Below are positions 17,448-27,805 of a DNA stretch of 64,000 nucleotides, piece after piece. Source of the stretch: an uncultured Actinomycetota bacterium (GTDB lineage Bacteria > Actinomycetota > Actinomycetes > S36-B12 > UBA10799); the NCBI GenBank assembly GCA_963733395.1, contig CAVTCZ010000019.1, positions 482,715 to 546,714 of the forward strand, in the 5' to 3' direction. Both the position numbers and the translations under genes were made by a program. Below the pieces are notes generated by a model, which saw only the letters and a list, made by a program, of their open reading frames with translations, did not search any database and was not told where the DNA came from. How positions within the stretch are numbered: position 1 is the first letter of the stretch; each line of letters starts with the position of its first letter.

Positions 17448-17956
17448 GCGAAGACCGGACCAAACGTGGGTTGCGCGATCTGATCCTGAGCCTTGCCGTC
17501 GTGGGCTTGTTCGTGGCCTTCTTGTTCGCGGTCGTCTGGCGGCCTTCCCCGGATCCTGTTCGTACTGTCGATCCGGGGCCGATGCTCAGCGCCGCGCGGT
17601 CCCAGGCGGACTACCCGGTGCTGGCGCCCACCGGGCTGTCGGGCGACTGGCGGCCCACGTCCGCCCGCTTCGAGGCCGACGGGGACTCGACCACCTGGTT
17701 CCTCGGCTACGTCACCCCGGACGACGAGTTCATCGCGGTGACGCAGACCGATGCCGACCCGCAGGACTTCATCGAGGAGCAGACACTGCAGGGCCAGCCC
17801 GATGGGCAACGGACGATCGATGGCACGCAATGGCAGCAGTACCTCGCGGACGACCAGCGCTCGCTGGTGTCCACCACCGATGAGGTGACCACCGTGGTCA
17901 CGGGCACCGTCTCCTACGACCAGCTCCAGGAGTTCGTGGGACGGCTGTCGTCATGA
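17444..17956 (+). CDS. DUF4245-type membrane-anchored protein
   Basis: 170 aa with an N-terminal TM. Conserved actinobacterial position between fumarase and xseA. ATGA overlap with the upstream gene. Confidence 0.65.
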   Translation: MSEDRTKRGLRDLILSLAVVGLFVAFLFAVVWRPSPDPVRTVDPGPMLSAARSQADYPVLAPTGLSGDWRPTSARFEADGDSTTWFLGYVTPDDEFIAVTQTDADPQDFIEEQTLQGQPDGQRTIDGTQWQQYLADDQRSLVSTTDEVTTVVTGTVSYDQLQEFVGRLSS

Positions 17957-19155
17957 CAGCGTCCACCCTGGAGCAGCCCTGGCCGCTGCGGGTGATGCTC
18001 AAGCACTTCCAGGACTGGGTGGGCCGCTTGGGTCAGGTCTGGGTGGCCGGCGAGATCTCCAAGACCCGGACCACCGGCTCCCAGACGTTCTTCACGCTCC
18101 GCGACGAGCAAGGGGACCTGAGTGCCGACGTGATGATCCACCCGCGCCTTTTCGCCGACCTGCCCCGTACCCCGGCGGAGGGGGACCGGGTGATCCTGCT
18201 GGTCAAACCGCACGTCACCAGGCAGACCCGGGTGCTGCTGCGTGCCAGCGAGATCCATCTGGCCGGTGTCGGGGACCTGCTCGCGGAGATCGAGCGCCGC
18301 CGACGGCTGCTGGCCGAAGAGGGCCTGTTCGCCCCGCACCGCAAACGGCCACGGCCGCTGATCCCGCGGGCGGTGGGGGTCGTCACCGGGCGCGACTCCG
18401 ACGCGCTGAAGGATGTGCAGCGGATCGCCACGGCCCGCTTCCCGGGAGTGCGACTGGTGGTGCGGGAGACGGCTGTCCAGGGCCGGTCCGCGGTTGCGCA
18501 GGTCACCTCCGCGCTGCTGGAACTCGAGGGGCTGGCCGACGTCGACGTGATCATCGTGACCCGCGGCGGCGGTTCTCTGGAGGACCTGTTGCCGTTCTCC
18601 GACGAGGGTCTGGTGCGTACGGTGGCCGCCATGCTGACACCGGTGATCAGCGCCATCGGTCACGAGGCCGACCGGCCGATCCTGGACGATGTCGCCGACG
18701 CCCGGGCGGCCACGCCCACCCATGCGGCGACTCTGGCCGTCCCGGAAGTGGCCGAGGTGGTCGCGCACGTGAGCCTGTTGCGAGGCCGGCTGCGCTCACA
18801 GATGCAGGCGAAACTGGCTCACGAACGGAAGTGGCTGAACGCCTGGCGGGAGCGCCGAGTCCTGCAGGACCCGGCCGTGCTGCTCACCGCGCCGCGCGAG
18901 CGCTTGCACCGGTCGCAGGAGCGGTTGCTGCCCGCCGTCAGTCGTCTCGTGGACAAACAGCGGGTCGACCTGGCAAGCCTCGACCTGCAACTGCGAGCAC
19001 TGTCCCCGCAAGCCACGCTGGACCGGGGTTATGCGCTGGTGACCGATGCCGACGGGCGTCTTGTCCGGTCGGTGCCCCAGACCGGCGCCCGACTACATGT
19101 GCGGGTGCAAGCCGGTCAGTTCGACGCGACGGTGGAGGGAGTGCGGGATGAGTGA
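17953..19155 (+). CDS. xseA: exodeoxyribonuclease VII large subunit
   Basis: 400 aa. OB-fold N-terminus (VWVAGEISK...[11 protein letters not shown]) and catalytic core (GRDSDALKD...RGGGSLEDL...HEADRP). Confidence 0.92.
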   Translation: MTASTLEQPWPLRVMLKHFQDWVGRLGQVWVAGEISKTRTTGSQTFFTLRDEQGDLSADVMIHPRLFADLPRTPAEGDRVILLVKPHVTRQTRVLLRASEIHLAGVGDLLAEIERRRRLLAEEGLFAPHRKRPRPLIPRAVGVVTGRDSDALKDVQRIATARFPGVRLVVRETAVQGRSAVAQVTSALLELEGLADVDVIIVTRGGGSLEDLLPFSDEGLVRTVAAMLTPVISAIGHEADRPILDDVADARAATPTHAATLAVPEVAEVVAHVSLLRGRLRSQMQAKLAHERKWLNAWRERRVLQDPAVLLTAPRERLHRSQERLLPAVSRLVDKQRVDLASLDLQLRALSPQATLDRGYALVTDADGRLVRSVPQTGARLHVRVQAGQFDATVEGVRDE

Positions 19156-19354
19156 GGAACCCTTGACGTTCGAGGCGGCACGAGACGAACTCGAGCAGAT
19201 AGTGCGACGACTGGAGGACGGGAACGTCACCCTGCAGGAGTCCCTGGAGCTGTGGGAGCGCGGCGAGAAGTTGGCGGCTCACTGCGACACGCTGCTCGGG
19301 CAGGTGGAGGGCCGCATCGAGGCGGCGAAGGCGCAATCGGCGGAAGCCACGTAG
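19148..19354 (+). CDS. xseB: exodeoxyribonuclease VII small subunit
   Basis: ATG 19148 overlaps the xseA end. Pattern [37 protein letters not shown]. Confidence 0.9.
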   Translation: MSEEPLTFEAARDELEQIVRRLEDGNVTLQESLELWERGEKLAAHCDTLLGQVEGRIEAAKAQSAEAT

Positions 19355-19363
19355 CATTGAGCC

Positions 19364-20314
19364 GTGGGTAAGGTCATCCTGGCAGCACCTCGTGGCTATT
19401 GTGCCGGGGTCGAGCGCGCCGTCGTCACCGTCGAGAAGGCGCTCGAGTTGTACGGACCGCCGATCTACGTGCGCAAGCAGATCGTGCACAACGTCCATGT
19501 CGTCGCCGACCTCGAGCGCCGCGGGGCGATCTTCGTCGAGGAGACCGATGAGGTGCCCGAAGGCTCACGGCTGGTCTTCAGCGCCCACGGCGTCTCGCCG
19601 GCGGTGCACGACCAGGCCGAGAACCGCAATCTGTTGACCATCGACGCCACCTGTCCGCTGGTCACCAAGGTGCACAACGAGGCGAAACGGTTCGCCGAGT
19701 CCGGCTACCAGATCCTGCTCATCGGCCACGAGGGTCACGAAGAGGTGGAGGGCACGGCCGGGGAAGCCCCGGATGCCATCACCGTCGTCGACTCCCCGGA
19801 AGCTGCCGAGAAGGTCGATCTCGATCCGGAACGGCCGGTCGCATGGCTGTCGCAGACGACGTTGTCCGTGGACGAGACCATGGAGACGGTCGATCGGTTG
19901 CGGCACCGCTTGCCGATGCTGATCGATCCGCCCAGCGACGACATCTGCTACGCCACACAGAACCGGCAGGCCGCGGTGAAGGTGATAGCCCCGCGATGCG
20001 ACGTGGTGATCGTTGTCGGCTCCGAGAACTCCAGCAACTCGGTGCGCCTCGGCGAGGTCGCGCAGGAGGCCGGATCCCGCAGTTACCGCATCGATGACGC
20101 CGGGCAATTGCAGCCGGAGTGGCTCGAGGGCGCCGAAACGGTGGGCGTCACCTCGGGTGCGAGCGTCCCCGAGTCGCTGGTCGAGCAACTGCTCGACGCG
20201 CTGGAGGAACACGGCTTCGACGAGGTCGAGGTCGTGACGACGGTCGAGGAGAGCCTCATCTTCGCGCTGCCGCCGGAACTACGCCGCGACCTCAAGGCCG
20301 CATCCACCACCTGA
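19364..20314 (+). CDS. ispH: 4-hydroxy-3-methylbut-2-enyl diphosphate reductase
   Basis: 316 aa. Contains [30 protein letters not shown] and SSNS. Confidence 0.93.
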   Translation: MGKVILAAPRGYCAGVERAVVTVEKALELYGPPIYVRKQIVHNVHVVADLERRGAIFVEETDEVPEGSRLVFSAHGVSPAVHDQAENRNLLTIDATCPLVTKVHNEAKRFAESGYQILLIGHEGHEEVEGTAGEAPDAITVVDSPEAAEKVDLDPERPVAWLSQTTLSVDETMETVDRLRHRLPMLIDPPSDDICYATQNRQAAVKVIAPRCDVVIVVGSENSSNSVRLGEVAQEAGSRSYRIDDAGQLQPEWLEGAETVGVTSGASVPESLVEQLLDALEEHGFDEVEVVTTVEESLIFALPPELRRDLKAASTT

Positions 20315-20821
20315 TCAGCGGTGGAGTATCCAGCGGCGGACGATCACGATCAGCGCCGCAGCGCCAGTGCCTGCGAAGATCCACGGGGCGTTGAAGGCCA
20401 AGCCCGCGATGACCATCGCACCCTCGCGGATGATCAGGTTGTCCGTGGCGCCGTCCAGCAGATCCGGTTGGCCGGCGATCAGAATCGCAGTGAAGTAGGC
20501 CAGCGGCGGCGTGATGATCGTCGTGGACATGTCCCGGTAGCCGATCGTGGCGGCCGCGACCACTGAGATCACCACGAACACCACTCCCGTGATGAAGGTG
20601 ATGCTGCCGTTGACAGCGGTGTCACCCAGGGCGGTCAGGATCGTCACCGTGAAGACCAGCAGGACCATCAGGCCCACGCCAAGGCCGGACCGGCCCTCAG
20701 AGCTGTCCTCGACGGGGGTCACATCGGCAACGGTAGTGGCAGCGGCCGCGGGCTCGGGGGTAATCTCCACCGACACCCCGGCCGGGCTCGCCGTCATCGT
20801 CGGCTCCTGGGTGGTCACCAT
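20315..20821 (-). CDS. integral membrane protein, unknown function
   Basis: 168 aa with four hydrophobic helices and a Pro/Ala/Thr-rich N-terminus. Its stop abuts the ispH stop. Confidence 0.55.
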   Translation of the reverse strand: MVTTQEPTMTASPAGVSVEITPEPAAAATTVADVTPVEDSSEGRSGLGVGLMVLLVFTVTILTALGDTAVNGSITFITGVVFVVISVVAAATIGYRDMSTTIITPPLAYFTAILIAGQPDLLDGATDNLIIREGAMVIAGLAFNAPWIFAGTGAAALIVIVRRWILHR

Positions 20822-20859
20822 CCCACCGTAACCTGACGTTCATCGTGGGCCGCGCAACG

Positions 20860-21981
20860 CTACCCGGTGTCTTGCACCAGATCGGGCATCGTGTTCACCT
20901 CCTCGACGACGAGGGCCGTCCGTGGTCGGACGTCGATCTCCGCGAGTTCCAGCACCTCCGCGTCCGGCGCTGCGAGTTGGGCCAGCCTCCTGGCTGCGGG
21001 CATGACCCTGCTGTCCAGCGATCCGACGAACTGGTTGTAGTTGCCGACGGCATCCCCGAGCGACTTGCCGAGTCTGGCGATGTGCCCACCCATGGTGGTC
21101 AATCGGTCGTGGACCTCGCGCCCGGCCGTCAGTACGTCGCGAGCCTGGTCGGCCATGGCTGCCTGTTGCCACGCCCACGAGACGCTGCGCAGGGTCGCCA
21201 TCAACGTGGTCGGCGTCGCCAGGACGATCTTGCGCTCGAAGGCCGTCTGCAGCAGATCCGGCTTGGCCCGCAGTGCGATGCCCAACATGCTCTCACTCGG
21301 CAGGAACATGACCACGAACTCCGGTGTGCCCACTGCTTTCCAGTACCGCTTGGCCGACAGCCGCGTCACATGGTCGGCCACCGCGGACGCGTGCAGCCGG
21401 GCTTGCGCGTCGTCGTCAGTCGCCGGGTCGAGGAAGGCGTCCAGCGACACCTTGGCGTCCACGACCACCTGTCGGCCCTCCGACAGATTGATGATCATGT
21501 CGGGGCGCAGCGCCGCTTCCTCGGTCGACACCGTCGACTGCTCCACGAAGTGGACGTGGTCCAGCATGCCCGCGGACTCCACCAACCGCCGTAGCGCCAT
21601 CTCCCCCCAGGTCCCCTGGATCTGCGTGCGGGAGAGTGCCTGGGTGATCCGCTGGGCCTGCTGCTGGACGTCCTTGGTCGCGTCCCCGACTTGCTGTCCG
21701 ACCGTCATCACCTTCTCGGACAGTCCGGTGAGTGCGGCCTCGCGGGCCCGTTCGGCTGTGTCCACCTGTTGCGACAGGGTTGCCATCGCCTGCTGCAAGG
21801 GCGCGAGCGTGGCGTCCAGGGTTGCCCGGGACTGGAGTTGCTGCGACAACGCCGAGCGCTCACCCTCCAGTTCGGCGACACGGGTGCGCGCCGACGCCGC
21901 CCCGAATCGGTAGGCGAGGACCAGGCTCGCGGCCGTCGCGGCCAGTGCCAGAAGTAGCCAGAGTGCGGAAATGGTGACCAT
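20860..21981 (-). CDS. rmuC: DNA recombination protein RmuC
   Basis: 373 aa with an N-terminal TM, a coiled coil and the RmuC nuclease-like C-terminus (PEFVVMFLPSE...VLATPTTLMA). Confidence 0.85.
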   Translation of the reverse strand: MVTISALWLLLALAATAASLVLAYRFGAASARTRVAELEGERSALSQQLQSRATLDATLAPLQQAMATLSQQVDTAERAREAALTGLSEKVMTVGQQVGDATKDVQQQAQRITQALSRTQIQGTWGEMALRRLVESAGMLDHVHFVEQSTVSTEEAALRPDMIINLSEGRQVVVDAKVSLDAFLDPATDDDAQARLHASAVADHVTRLSAKRYWKAVGTPEFVVMFLPSESMLGIALRAKPDLLQTAFERKIVLATPTTLMATLRSVSWAWQQAAMADQARDVLTAGREVHDRLTTMGGHIARLGKSLGDAVGNYNQFVGSLDSRVMPAARRLAQLAAPDAEVLELAEIDVRPRTALVVEEVNTMPDLVQDTG

Positions 21982-22036
21982 GAGGGCACTGTGCCCGATG
22001 GGTCTGACAAAACCTCCGGCTATCTACACTTGCGTG

Positions 22037-23110
22037 GTGTCCCTGACTATCGGCATCGTCGGCCTGCCCAATGTCGGCAAGTCCACCCTGTTCAACGCAT
22101 TGACGAAGGCGGGCGCGCTTGCGGCCAACTACCCCTTCGCCACGATCGAGCCGAATGTCGGGATGGTGGGCGTGCCGGACCCCCGCCTGCAGCAGTTGGC
22201 GGACATCCACGGCTCGGCGAAACTGGTGCCCGCGACCGTGCAGTTCGTCGACATCGCCGGGATCGTGCGCGGTGCCAGCGAGGGCCAGGGGCTCGGCAAC
22301 AAGTTCCTGTCCCACATCCGCGAGTCCGATGCCATCTGCCAGGTGCTGCGGGCTTTCCACGATCCCGATGTTGTGCACGTCGAGGGCCGGGTGTCTCCGG
22401 CCGAGGACATGGAGACCATCAACACCGAACTGATCCTCGCTGACCTGCAGACCCTGGACAAGGCCCTGCCGCGCCTGGAGAAGGAGGCGCGGATGCACAA
22501 GGACCGGGCTTCTGTCGTGGCGGCCGCGCAGGAGGCCAGAGAGATCCTCGACTCCGGGCGCACGTTGTTCGCCGCCGGTGTCGACCCCGAACCTCTGCGG
22601 GAGCTGTTCCTGCTGACCAACAAGCCGTTCCTCTACGTCATCAACTGCGACGAGGAGGAGTTGACCGACGAGGCGTTCCGTACCGAGATGACGCAACTGG
22701 TGGCGCCGGCCGAGGCCGTGTTCCTCGATGCGCAGGTGGAGGCCGAACTCACCGAGTTGCCCGAGGATGAGGCGCTGGAGCTGCTGCAATCCATCGGCCA
22801 GTCGGAGTCGGGCATCCAGGCGCTGGCCCGCGTGGGGTTCGAGACCCTGGGGCTGCAGACGTACCTGACGGCCGGGCCGAAGGAAGCGCGGGCCTGGACG
22901 ATCCCCAAGGGGGCCACCGCACCGGAGGCCGCCGGTGTGATCCACACGGACTTCCAGAAGGGCTTCATCAAGGCCGAGGTCATTTCCTTCGACGAGCTCA
23001 TGGCGGCGGGCTCGATGCAGGAGGCGAAGGCGCACGGCAAGGTCCGGATCGAGGGCAAGGACTACGTGATGGCTGACGGCGATGTGGTCGAGTTCCGCTT
23101 CAACGTCTGA
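22037..23110 (+). CDS. ychF: redox-regulated ribosome-binding ATPase YchF
   Basis: (M)SLTIGIVGLPNVGKSTLFNALT..., a TGS-like C-terminus and ...DGDVVEFRFNV*. Confidence 0.93.
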   Translation: MSLTIGIVGLPNVGKSTLFNALTKAGALAANYPFATIEPNVGMVGVPDPRLQQLADIHGSAKLVPATVQFVDIAGIVRGASEGQGLGNKFLSHIRESDAICQVLRAFHDPDVVHVEGRVSPAEDMETINTELILADLQTLDKALPRLEKEARMHKDRASVVAAAQEAREILDSGRTLFAAGVDPEPLRELFLLTNKPFLYVINCDEEELTDEAFRTEMTQLVAPAEAVFLDAQVEAELTELPEDEALELLQSIGQSESGIQALARVGFETLGLQTYLTAGPKEARAWTIPKGATAPEAAGVIHTDFQKGFIKAEVISFDELMAAGSMQEAKAHGKVRIEGKDYVMADGDVVEFRFNV

Positions 23111-23223
23111 GTTTGCCAGGAAGAGTGTTCGGTACGGCCGCGGGGGGTTGACAATGTGAGCATGGTGCAGGCGCCCATCAATCACACGACGATTGACCCC
23201 ACGCGGGGTGAAAGGATCACGAC

Positions 23224-23592
23224 ATGAAGGAATACATCACGACCCAGGAGAGTCTTCTGGAACTCGACCCGGAGTTCCGACGTGTTCTGTGCACCGGGGC
23301 GCACAGCCAGATCGTGGCTATGACTCTCGAAGGGGGCGAAGACATCGGCGCCGAAGTCCATGAGGACGGCGACCAGATCTTCGTCATCATGGCCGGATGG
23401 CCGGTGGAGGTCACCATCGGTGAACAGACTCACACCGTTCCGGCCGGCACTGTTGTCCTGGTGCCGCAGGGGACGTGGCACAACGTCACCAACGCGGGTT
23501 CCATCCCTGCCCGGCTGCTCACCATCTACGCGCCGCCGCAGCACAAGCCCGGCTTCGTCGCCGTCAGCAAGGAAGACGCGGACGAGGAGTAG
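23224..23592 (+). CDS. cupin-domain protein
   Basis: 122 aa. Cupin motifs GAEVHEDGDQIF...VPAGTVVLVPQGTWHNV. Confidence 0.75.
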   Translation: MKEYITTQESLLELDPEFRRVLCTGAHSQIVAMTLEGGEDIGAEVHEDGDQIFVIMAGWPVEVTIGEQTHTVPAGTVVLVPQGTWHNVTNAGSIPARLLTIYAPPQHKPGFVAVSKEDADEE

Positions 23593-23913
23593 GCACACGC
23601 GAGAACGGGGACTCAAGACAGCGGTCGGCAGAGTCCTCTCATGGCCGCGATCTCGTCTGCTCAGCCGGGCGTGCTGGACAAGCGGAAGAGCGACGCACGG
23701 TGACGTCTGTTCGAAGATGCGTTGTGGTCGAAGGGCTGCGGCGCCAGGGGTGGTCGTGGCCGAGCGCGCCGAGGGATTCTCGGATGGGTTGGTCAAGGCG
23801 CGCGGCCGAGACCAGGTTTCCAGCAGAGTTCCACCCGCGCCTCTCAGTTCGCCCACTCCGTGACGCACCTGCAGTCCGGTAGCTGTAGCAGGATTTCGCC
23901 CGGCGGTCATTGC

Positions 23914-24177
23914 TCACCGGTCGTAGGCCTCGCGGCGATGCGCGACGCGCAGTACGAGGACGATGAGGCGGTTGTCCTGGATCGTATAGATGACTCGGTA
24001 GTCGCCGACCCGGACGCGCCAGCGGCCATGGTCACCGCCTCGAAGCATCTTCGCGCCTGGCGGGCGTGGATCGACGCTGAGCAGTTCGATGGCCCCGACG
24101 ATGCGAAGGCGTCTCGCCTTCTCCAGTTTGGCCAGTGATTTGGCAGCTGACGTCGAGAACTCGACCGAGTAGGTCAT
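23914..24177 (-). CDS. RelE/ParE-family type II toxin
   Basis: MTYSVEFSTSAAKSLAKL...WRVRVGDYRVIYTIQDNRLIVLVLRVAHRREAY. The ATG overlaps the antitoxin stop (ATGA). Confidence 0.85.
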   Translation of the reverse strand: MTYSVEFSTSAAKSLAKLEKARRLRIVGAIELLSVDPRPPGAKMLRGGDHGRWRVRVGDYRVIYTIQDNRLIVLVLRVAHRREAYDR

Positions 24178-24434
24178 GCGAGGCCGAGGTCCGCCTTGAC
24201 CTGCGACCACGGGATCGTCGGGGCGCCGGCGATGATCTCGGCCATCACCGCGTCGGCGGCCGCGAGGTCCACGGCGTCCTCGTCGGCCTCCAGAAGTCGC
24301 TCGTACTCCGCTGTGCTGATGACGACGGCCTGACGATGACCTCGTTTGGTCAGGAAGACCGGCTCGTGTGCGGAGACTTCGACGAGCTCGCTGAATCGCT
24401 CGCGAGCCTCAGTGACGGGCATCTCGGTAGCCAT
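24174..24434 (-). CDS. Phd/YefM-family type II antitoxin
   Basis: MATEMPVTEARERFSELVEVSAHEPVFLTKRGHRQAVVIS..EYERLLE. Confidence 0.85.
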   Translation of the reverse strand: MATEMPVTEARERFSELVEVSAHEPVFLTKRGHRQAVVISTAEYERLLEADEDAVDLAAADAVMAEIIAGAPTIPWSQVKADLGLA

Positions 24435-24617
24435 GCCTCAAACGTACATCTCAGCCCTCGAACTGTACAGAAAACGATGGGTGGAGCAGCAGTCGTCAAG
24501 CAATGGGGGGACCAGACTCGTCGCAGCCGAGGGTGTATCCGGCGGCACGTGGTGGCTGGGGTGTGCGTCCCGGATCCCACCACCCGCGACGCACGTGGGT
24601 GACCGCCTCGCCCGGCG

Positions 24618-24673
24618 ATAGGCGTGAGGCAGAATCGGCCGGATTCTGACTCACGCCTATGACTTTGACTCAC
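24618..24673. repeat. palindromic element, family B, copy 2
   Basis: Stem ataggcgtgag...ctcacgcctat with inner gcagaatc/ggattctg, followed by gactttgactcac as in copy 1. Confidence 0.7.
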
Positions 24674-24812
24674 ATCTTCGGATTGAGACTCTGTCGCACC
24701 GGCCCGGCTCCCTTCTACCCCACGTGTGGGTGATCCTCCGGTTGTCTCGGTCCCATGAGGGGCCCGGGCCGAAGACAGCTTGCCGGCCCCGCCTCGGGGA
24801 CGCCGCCGAACC

Positions 24813-25676
24813 TCAAGCGGGAGCGATCGACGGTTCGGCCCCGGGTGTGTCCTCGGGGATCTCGCCGAGCCGTGCCAGGGCGATGGCCCCGCCGATCGCG
24901 AGGACCATCCCGAGCACCATGACCACCTCGTAGCCCGGGCGGATCCGGTTGCCCAGGAAGACCAGGCCGATGATCGAGGGGATCACGGTCTCGGCGACCA
25001 CCATGGCCGCGGTTGCTTGCGTGACGGCACCCCGCTGCAGGGCCGTGGCCAGGGCCAACAGGGAGACGCCGCCGGCGACGACCACCCCCCACGCGGCGGG
25101 ATCGGTGAGCAGGCCCGTCACAGTGATCGGATCGGCCAGCGACGCGGTGGCGATGCCCACGAGCCCGAACCCGAACCCGGCGAGTGCGCCGAGAACCACC
25201 ACACCGAGTCGGCCGGTGAGCCGCGCGCCGGCCCACGTCAGCAGCAGCAACAACACGCCTATCCCCAGCGGCATCCACCGCTCGAACGTGCTCAGCGCGA
25301 CCTTCTCGCCCTCCGCTGCCGAGACCGCCAACGCGAGGAGTCCGGCAACGACGGCGGCCACGCCCACCCACTCACCGCGGGACAATGAGACCTTCAGCCA
25401 CGCCGCTGCTGCGACGGCCGTGACTGCCAGTGCCGCGGCGGTGAACGCCTCGACGACGAACAGGGGCAGGGACTGCAGAGCCACGACCGTCAGCAGGAAC
25501 CCGAGGCCGTCGAGTCCGAGGCCGATCAGGTAGGGGATCGATCTCAGGAGCCGGACCACCAGACCGGGGTCCAGCCCCTCGTTGGCGGTCGTGCTCCTGG
25601 CCCCGACCGACTGCAGGACGGTGGCAAGCCCGTAGGACACAGCGATGCCTGCGGCAGCGAGCAGGGCGAGGTTCAC
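24813..25676 (-). CDS. multi-pass membrane protein (DMT/EamA-like)
   Basis: GTG 25676 lies 5 nt after AGGAGG. About 10 hydrophobic helices. The family assignment is by general look only. Confidence 0.6.
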   Translation of the reverse strand: MNLALLAAAGIAVSYGLATVLQSVGARSTTANEGLDPGLVVRLLRSIPYLIGLGLDGLGFLLTVVALQSLPLFVVEAFTAAALAVTAVAAAAWLKVSLSRGEWVGVAAVVAGLLALAVSAAEGEKVALSTFERWMPLGIGVLLLLLTWAGARLTGRLGVVVLGALAGFGFGLVGIATASLADPITVTGLLTDPAAWGVVVAGGVSLLALATALQRGAVTQATAAMVVAETVIPSIIGLVFLGNRIRPGYEVVMVLGMVLAIGGAIALARLGEIPEDTPGAEPSIAPA

Positions 25677-25843
25677 GTGTTCCTCCTTGCCCGCGACGGC
25701 ATGGCACGGGGCGGATCCATTGTGCGCCAAGGAGATTCTGGCGATTCCGTGGCGGTCATCGCCACCAGATTCTCACTGAAGAAGGCGGTGTCACCAATGC
25801 TGGGCACTAGGCCACGTCGAAAGTGCAGCTCGGGCGTCAGCAG

Positions 25844-26020
25844 TTACTTGTAGGCGGCGACGAAGTCCTCGTTCTGGGCGTCGATCGAAACGAGCCCGGC
25901 GATTCTTCGTGGGTACGTGGTCGCGTAGAGGCGGGCGACCATGCCGCCGAACGAGTGGCCGACCAGCACGTACGGGCCTGGCACATCGCGGGCGCGATGG
26001 ATCACGGCTGGCTGGTTCTG
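25844..26020 (-). pseudogene. remnant of an alpha/beta-hydrolase gene
   Basis: Only the nucleophile-elbow segment survives: ...VIHRARDVPGPYVLVGHSFGGMVARLYATTYPRRIAGLVSIDAQNEDFVAAYK*. There is a stop straight after it and no credible N-terminus upstream. Confidence 0.65.
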
Positions 26021-26137
26021 GACGCGGCGTTGCGGGTGGTCGTTCCGGTTCCCGGCTGGGCCCCACGCGCCTGCCGGGCAGTGCGCCGACCCGCCTCTCG
26101 GATAGGTTCGGCAGCACCGAACCCAAGGAGGGACCAT

Positions 26138-26791
26138 GTGGACGTCGCGTCCCTGGCCACGCTGCTGCTGATGGCACTGGTGCTTGCCGCCCAACCGTGG
26201 TCGGTGTTGGCCGCCATCATCCTGGTGACCACGCGCGGAGGCGTTCTCAAGGAGTCCGCCTACGCCATCGGCTGGATCATCGCCTTGTCGGTGGTCCTGC
26301 TCCTCACCATCGCCTTCGCTCCGGTGGACACGACCGGGAAGTCCTCCACAACTGCCGCTGCGGTCATCGAGATCGTGCTGGGTCTGGCTGCCCTGGGTGT
26401 GCTCGCGGTCCGCTGGCGCCGACCGGTGGCTGCGAAGTCCGGCGCACCCTCGTGGCTGGCGCGGCTGGACTCCATGCCGTGGTTCTTCGCGCTCGTCCTC
26501 GGGGCGTTCCTGCCGAACTACATCGTCGTGGTGGCCGCCGGGAACGAACTCATGCAGGCCGGACTGACCGGGGCCGGGCTGGCCGCGGCGGCTGTTGGCT
26601 TCGTGCTGGTGGCCTCTGTCGGCGTGGCCGCACCGTTGGGCGTGCTGATCTTCCGGCATTCCCGCGCCGAGCAGATCTACGCCTCGTGGCGCGAATGGAT
26701 TCTGGGTCACAGTCGATCGGTGACCTACGGCACCGGATTGCTGGTGGTGGTCGTTCTCATCGGTAAGGGCATCGTGGGGCTTCTCAGGTAA
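26138..26791 (+). CDS. integral membrane protein (GAP/DUF2910-like)
   Basis: GTG 26138 lies 6 nt after AAGGAGGG. Six hydrophobic helices. Confidence 0.55.
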   Translation: MDVASLATLLLMALVLAAQPWSVLAAIILVTTRGGVLKESAYAIGWIIALSVVLLLTIAFAPVDTTGKSSTTAAAVIEIVLGLAALGVLAVRWRRPVAAKSGAPSWLARLDSMPWFFALVLGAFLPNYIVVVAAGNELMQAGLTGAGLAAAAVGFVLVASVGVAAPLGVLIFRHSRAEQIYASWREWILGHSRSVTYGTGLLVVVVLIGKGIVGLLR

Positions 26792-26877
26792 CGTCGCGAC
26801 GTGTCCGAGGTGATGGGCGGATCCTGGGGACGCAGCAGCGCGGTCAGGCAGACGATAGGCGGGAGCGGGCAGTGGCG

Positions 26878-27690
26878 ATGGAGATTGTGGACGTGTGGAT
26901 CCAGCACCCCACCCTGCGGTTGGCCAACCACGACATGTTCGAGTCCCTGCGGCGCTGGACGGGAATGTCGGGTCAACTCGAGCAGCCACTGCCGGTGGAG
27001 ATGACGATCGCCGCGATGGACGATGCCGGGGTCTCCGTCGCGCTGGCATCCGCCTGGTACGGCCCGGAGGGGGCGTTGATCGACAACGACGAGGTCGGCG
27101 CCTGCGTGGGGCAGTTCCCCGATCGATTGCGCGGGGTCGCCGGCGTGGACCTCCGCAAGCCGATGCCTGCAGTGCGCGAGTTGCGCCGACGCGTCGATGA
27201 GGGCTTCGTCGGTCTTCGGATGTTGCCCTGGCTGTGGGAGTTGCCCCCGACCGACCGCCGGTTCTACCCGGTGTACGCCGCCTGTGTGGACCTGGGCATC
27301 CCGTTCTGCACCCAGGTCGGCCATACCGGTCCGCTGCGTCCGTCCGAGACCGGTCGCCCGATTCCGTACATCGACCAGGTGGCGATCGACTTCCCCGAAT
27401 TGGTGATCGTGTGCGGCCACATCGGATACCCATGGACGGCCGAGATGATCGCCGTGGCCGACAAGCACCCGAACGTCTACATCGACACCAGCGCCTATGC
27501 CGCTCACCGGTACCCGGCCGAACTCGTCGACTACCTGAAGGGCCGCGGAACCCGCAAGGTGTTGTTCGGCTCGAACTACCCGATGATGACCCCGGAGCGG
27601 GCGCTGGCGCGTCTGGCCGAACTCGGCCTCGACGATGGGCAGCGGGAGTTGTTCCTGGCCGGGAACGCACGCCGCGTCTTCAACCTCTGA
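26878..27690 (+). CDS. amidohydrolase-2 (TIM-barrel metal-dependent hydrolase/decarboxylase) family protein
   Basis: MEIVDVWIQHP (N-terminal metal-site pattern) ... VCGHIGYPW ... YIDTSAY ... LFGSNYP. Confidence 0.8.
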   Translation: MEIVDVWIQHPTLRLANHDMFESLRRWTGMSGQLEQPLPVEMTIAAMDDAGVSVALASAWYGPEGALIDNDEVGACVGQFPDRLRGVAGVDLRKPMPAVRELRRRVDEGFVGLRMLPWLWELPPTDRRFYPVYAACVDLGIPFCTQVGHTGPLRPSETGRPIPYIDQVAIDFPELVIVCGHIGYPWTAEMIAVADKHPNVYIDTSAYAAHRYPAELVDYLKGRGTRKVLFGSNYPMMTPERALARLAELGLDDGQRELFLAGNARRVFNL

Positions 27691-27805
27691 TCCCGGTGTC
27701 GACGCACCGGGGGAGTGGCTGGGGGCCCGCGACTGCGCCGTGGGAGCGCTCCATCCGGGCCGCGTTCGTTGACCGGGCAGGGGAGCTCTCCGTACGCTCG
27801 TCCTC

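Noticed and set aside
25844-27670. 608-aa ORF on the minus strand
   Set aside because: It is Arg/Pro/Gly-rich, low-complexity shadow sequence lying antisense to well-supported plus-strand genes (a membrane protein and the amidohydrolase). Only its last ~55 residues, the hydrolase remnant, look real.
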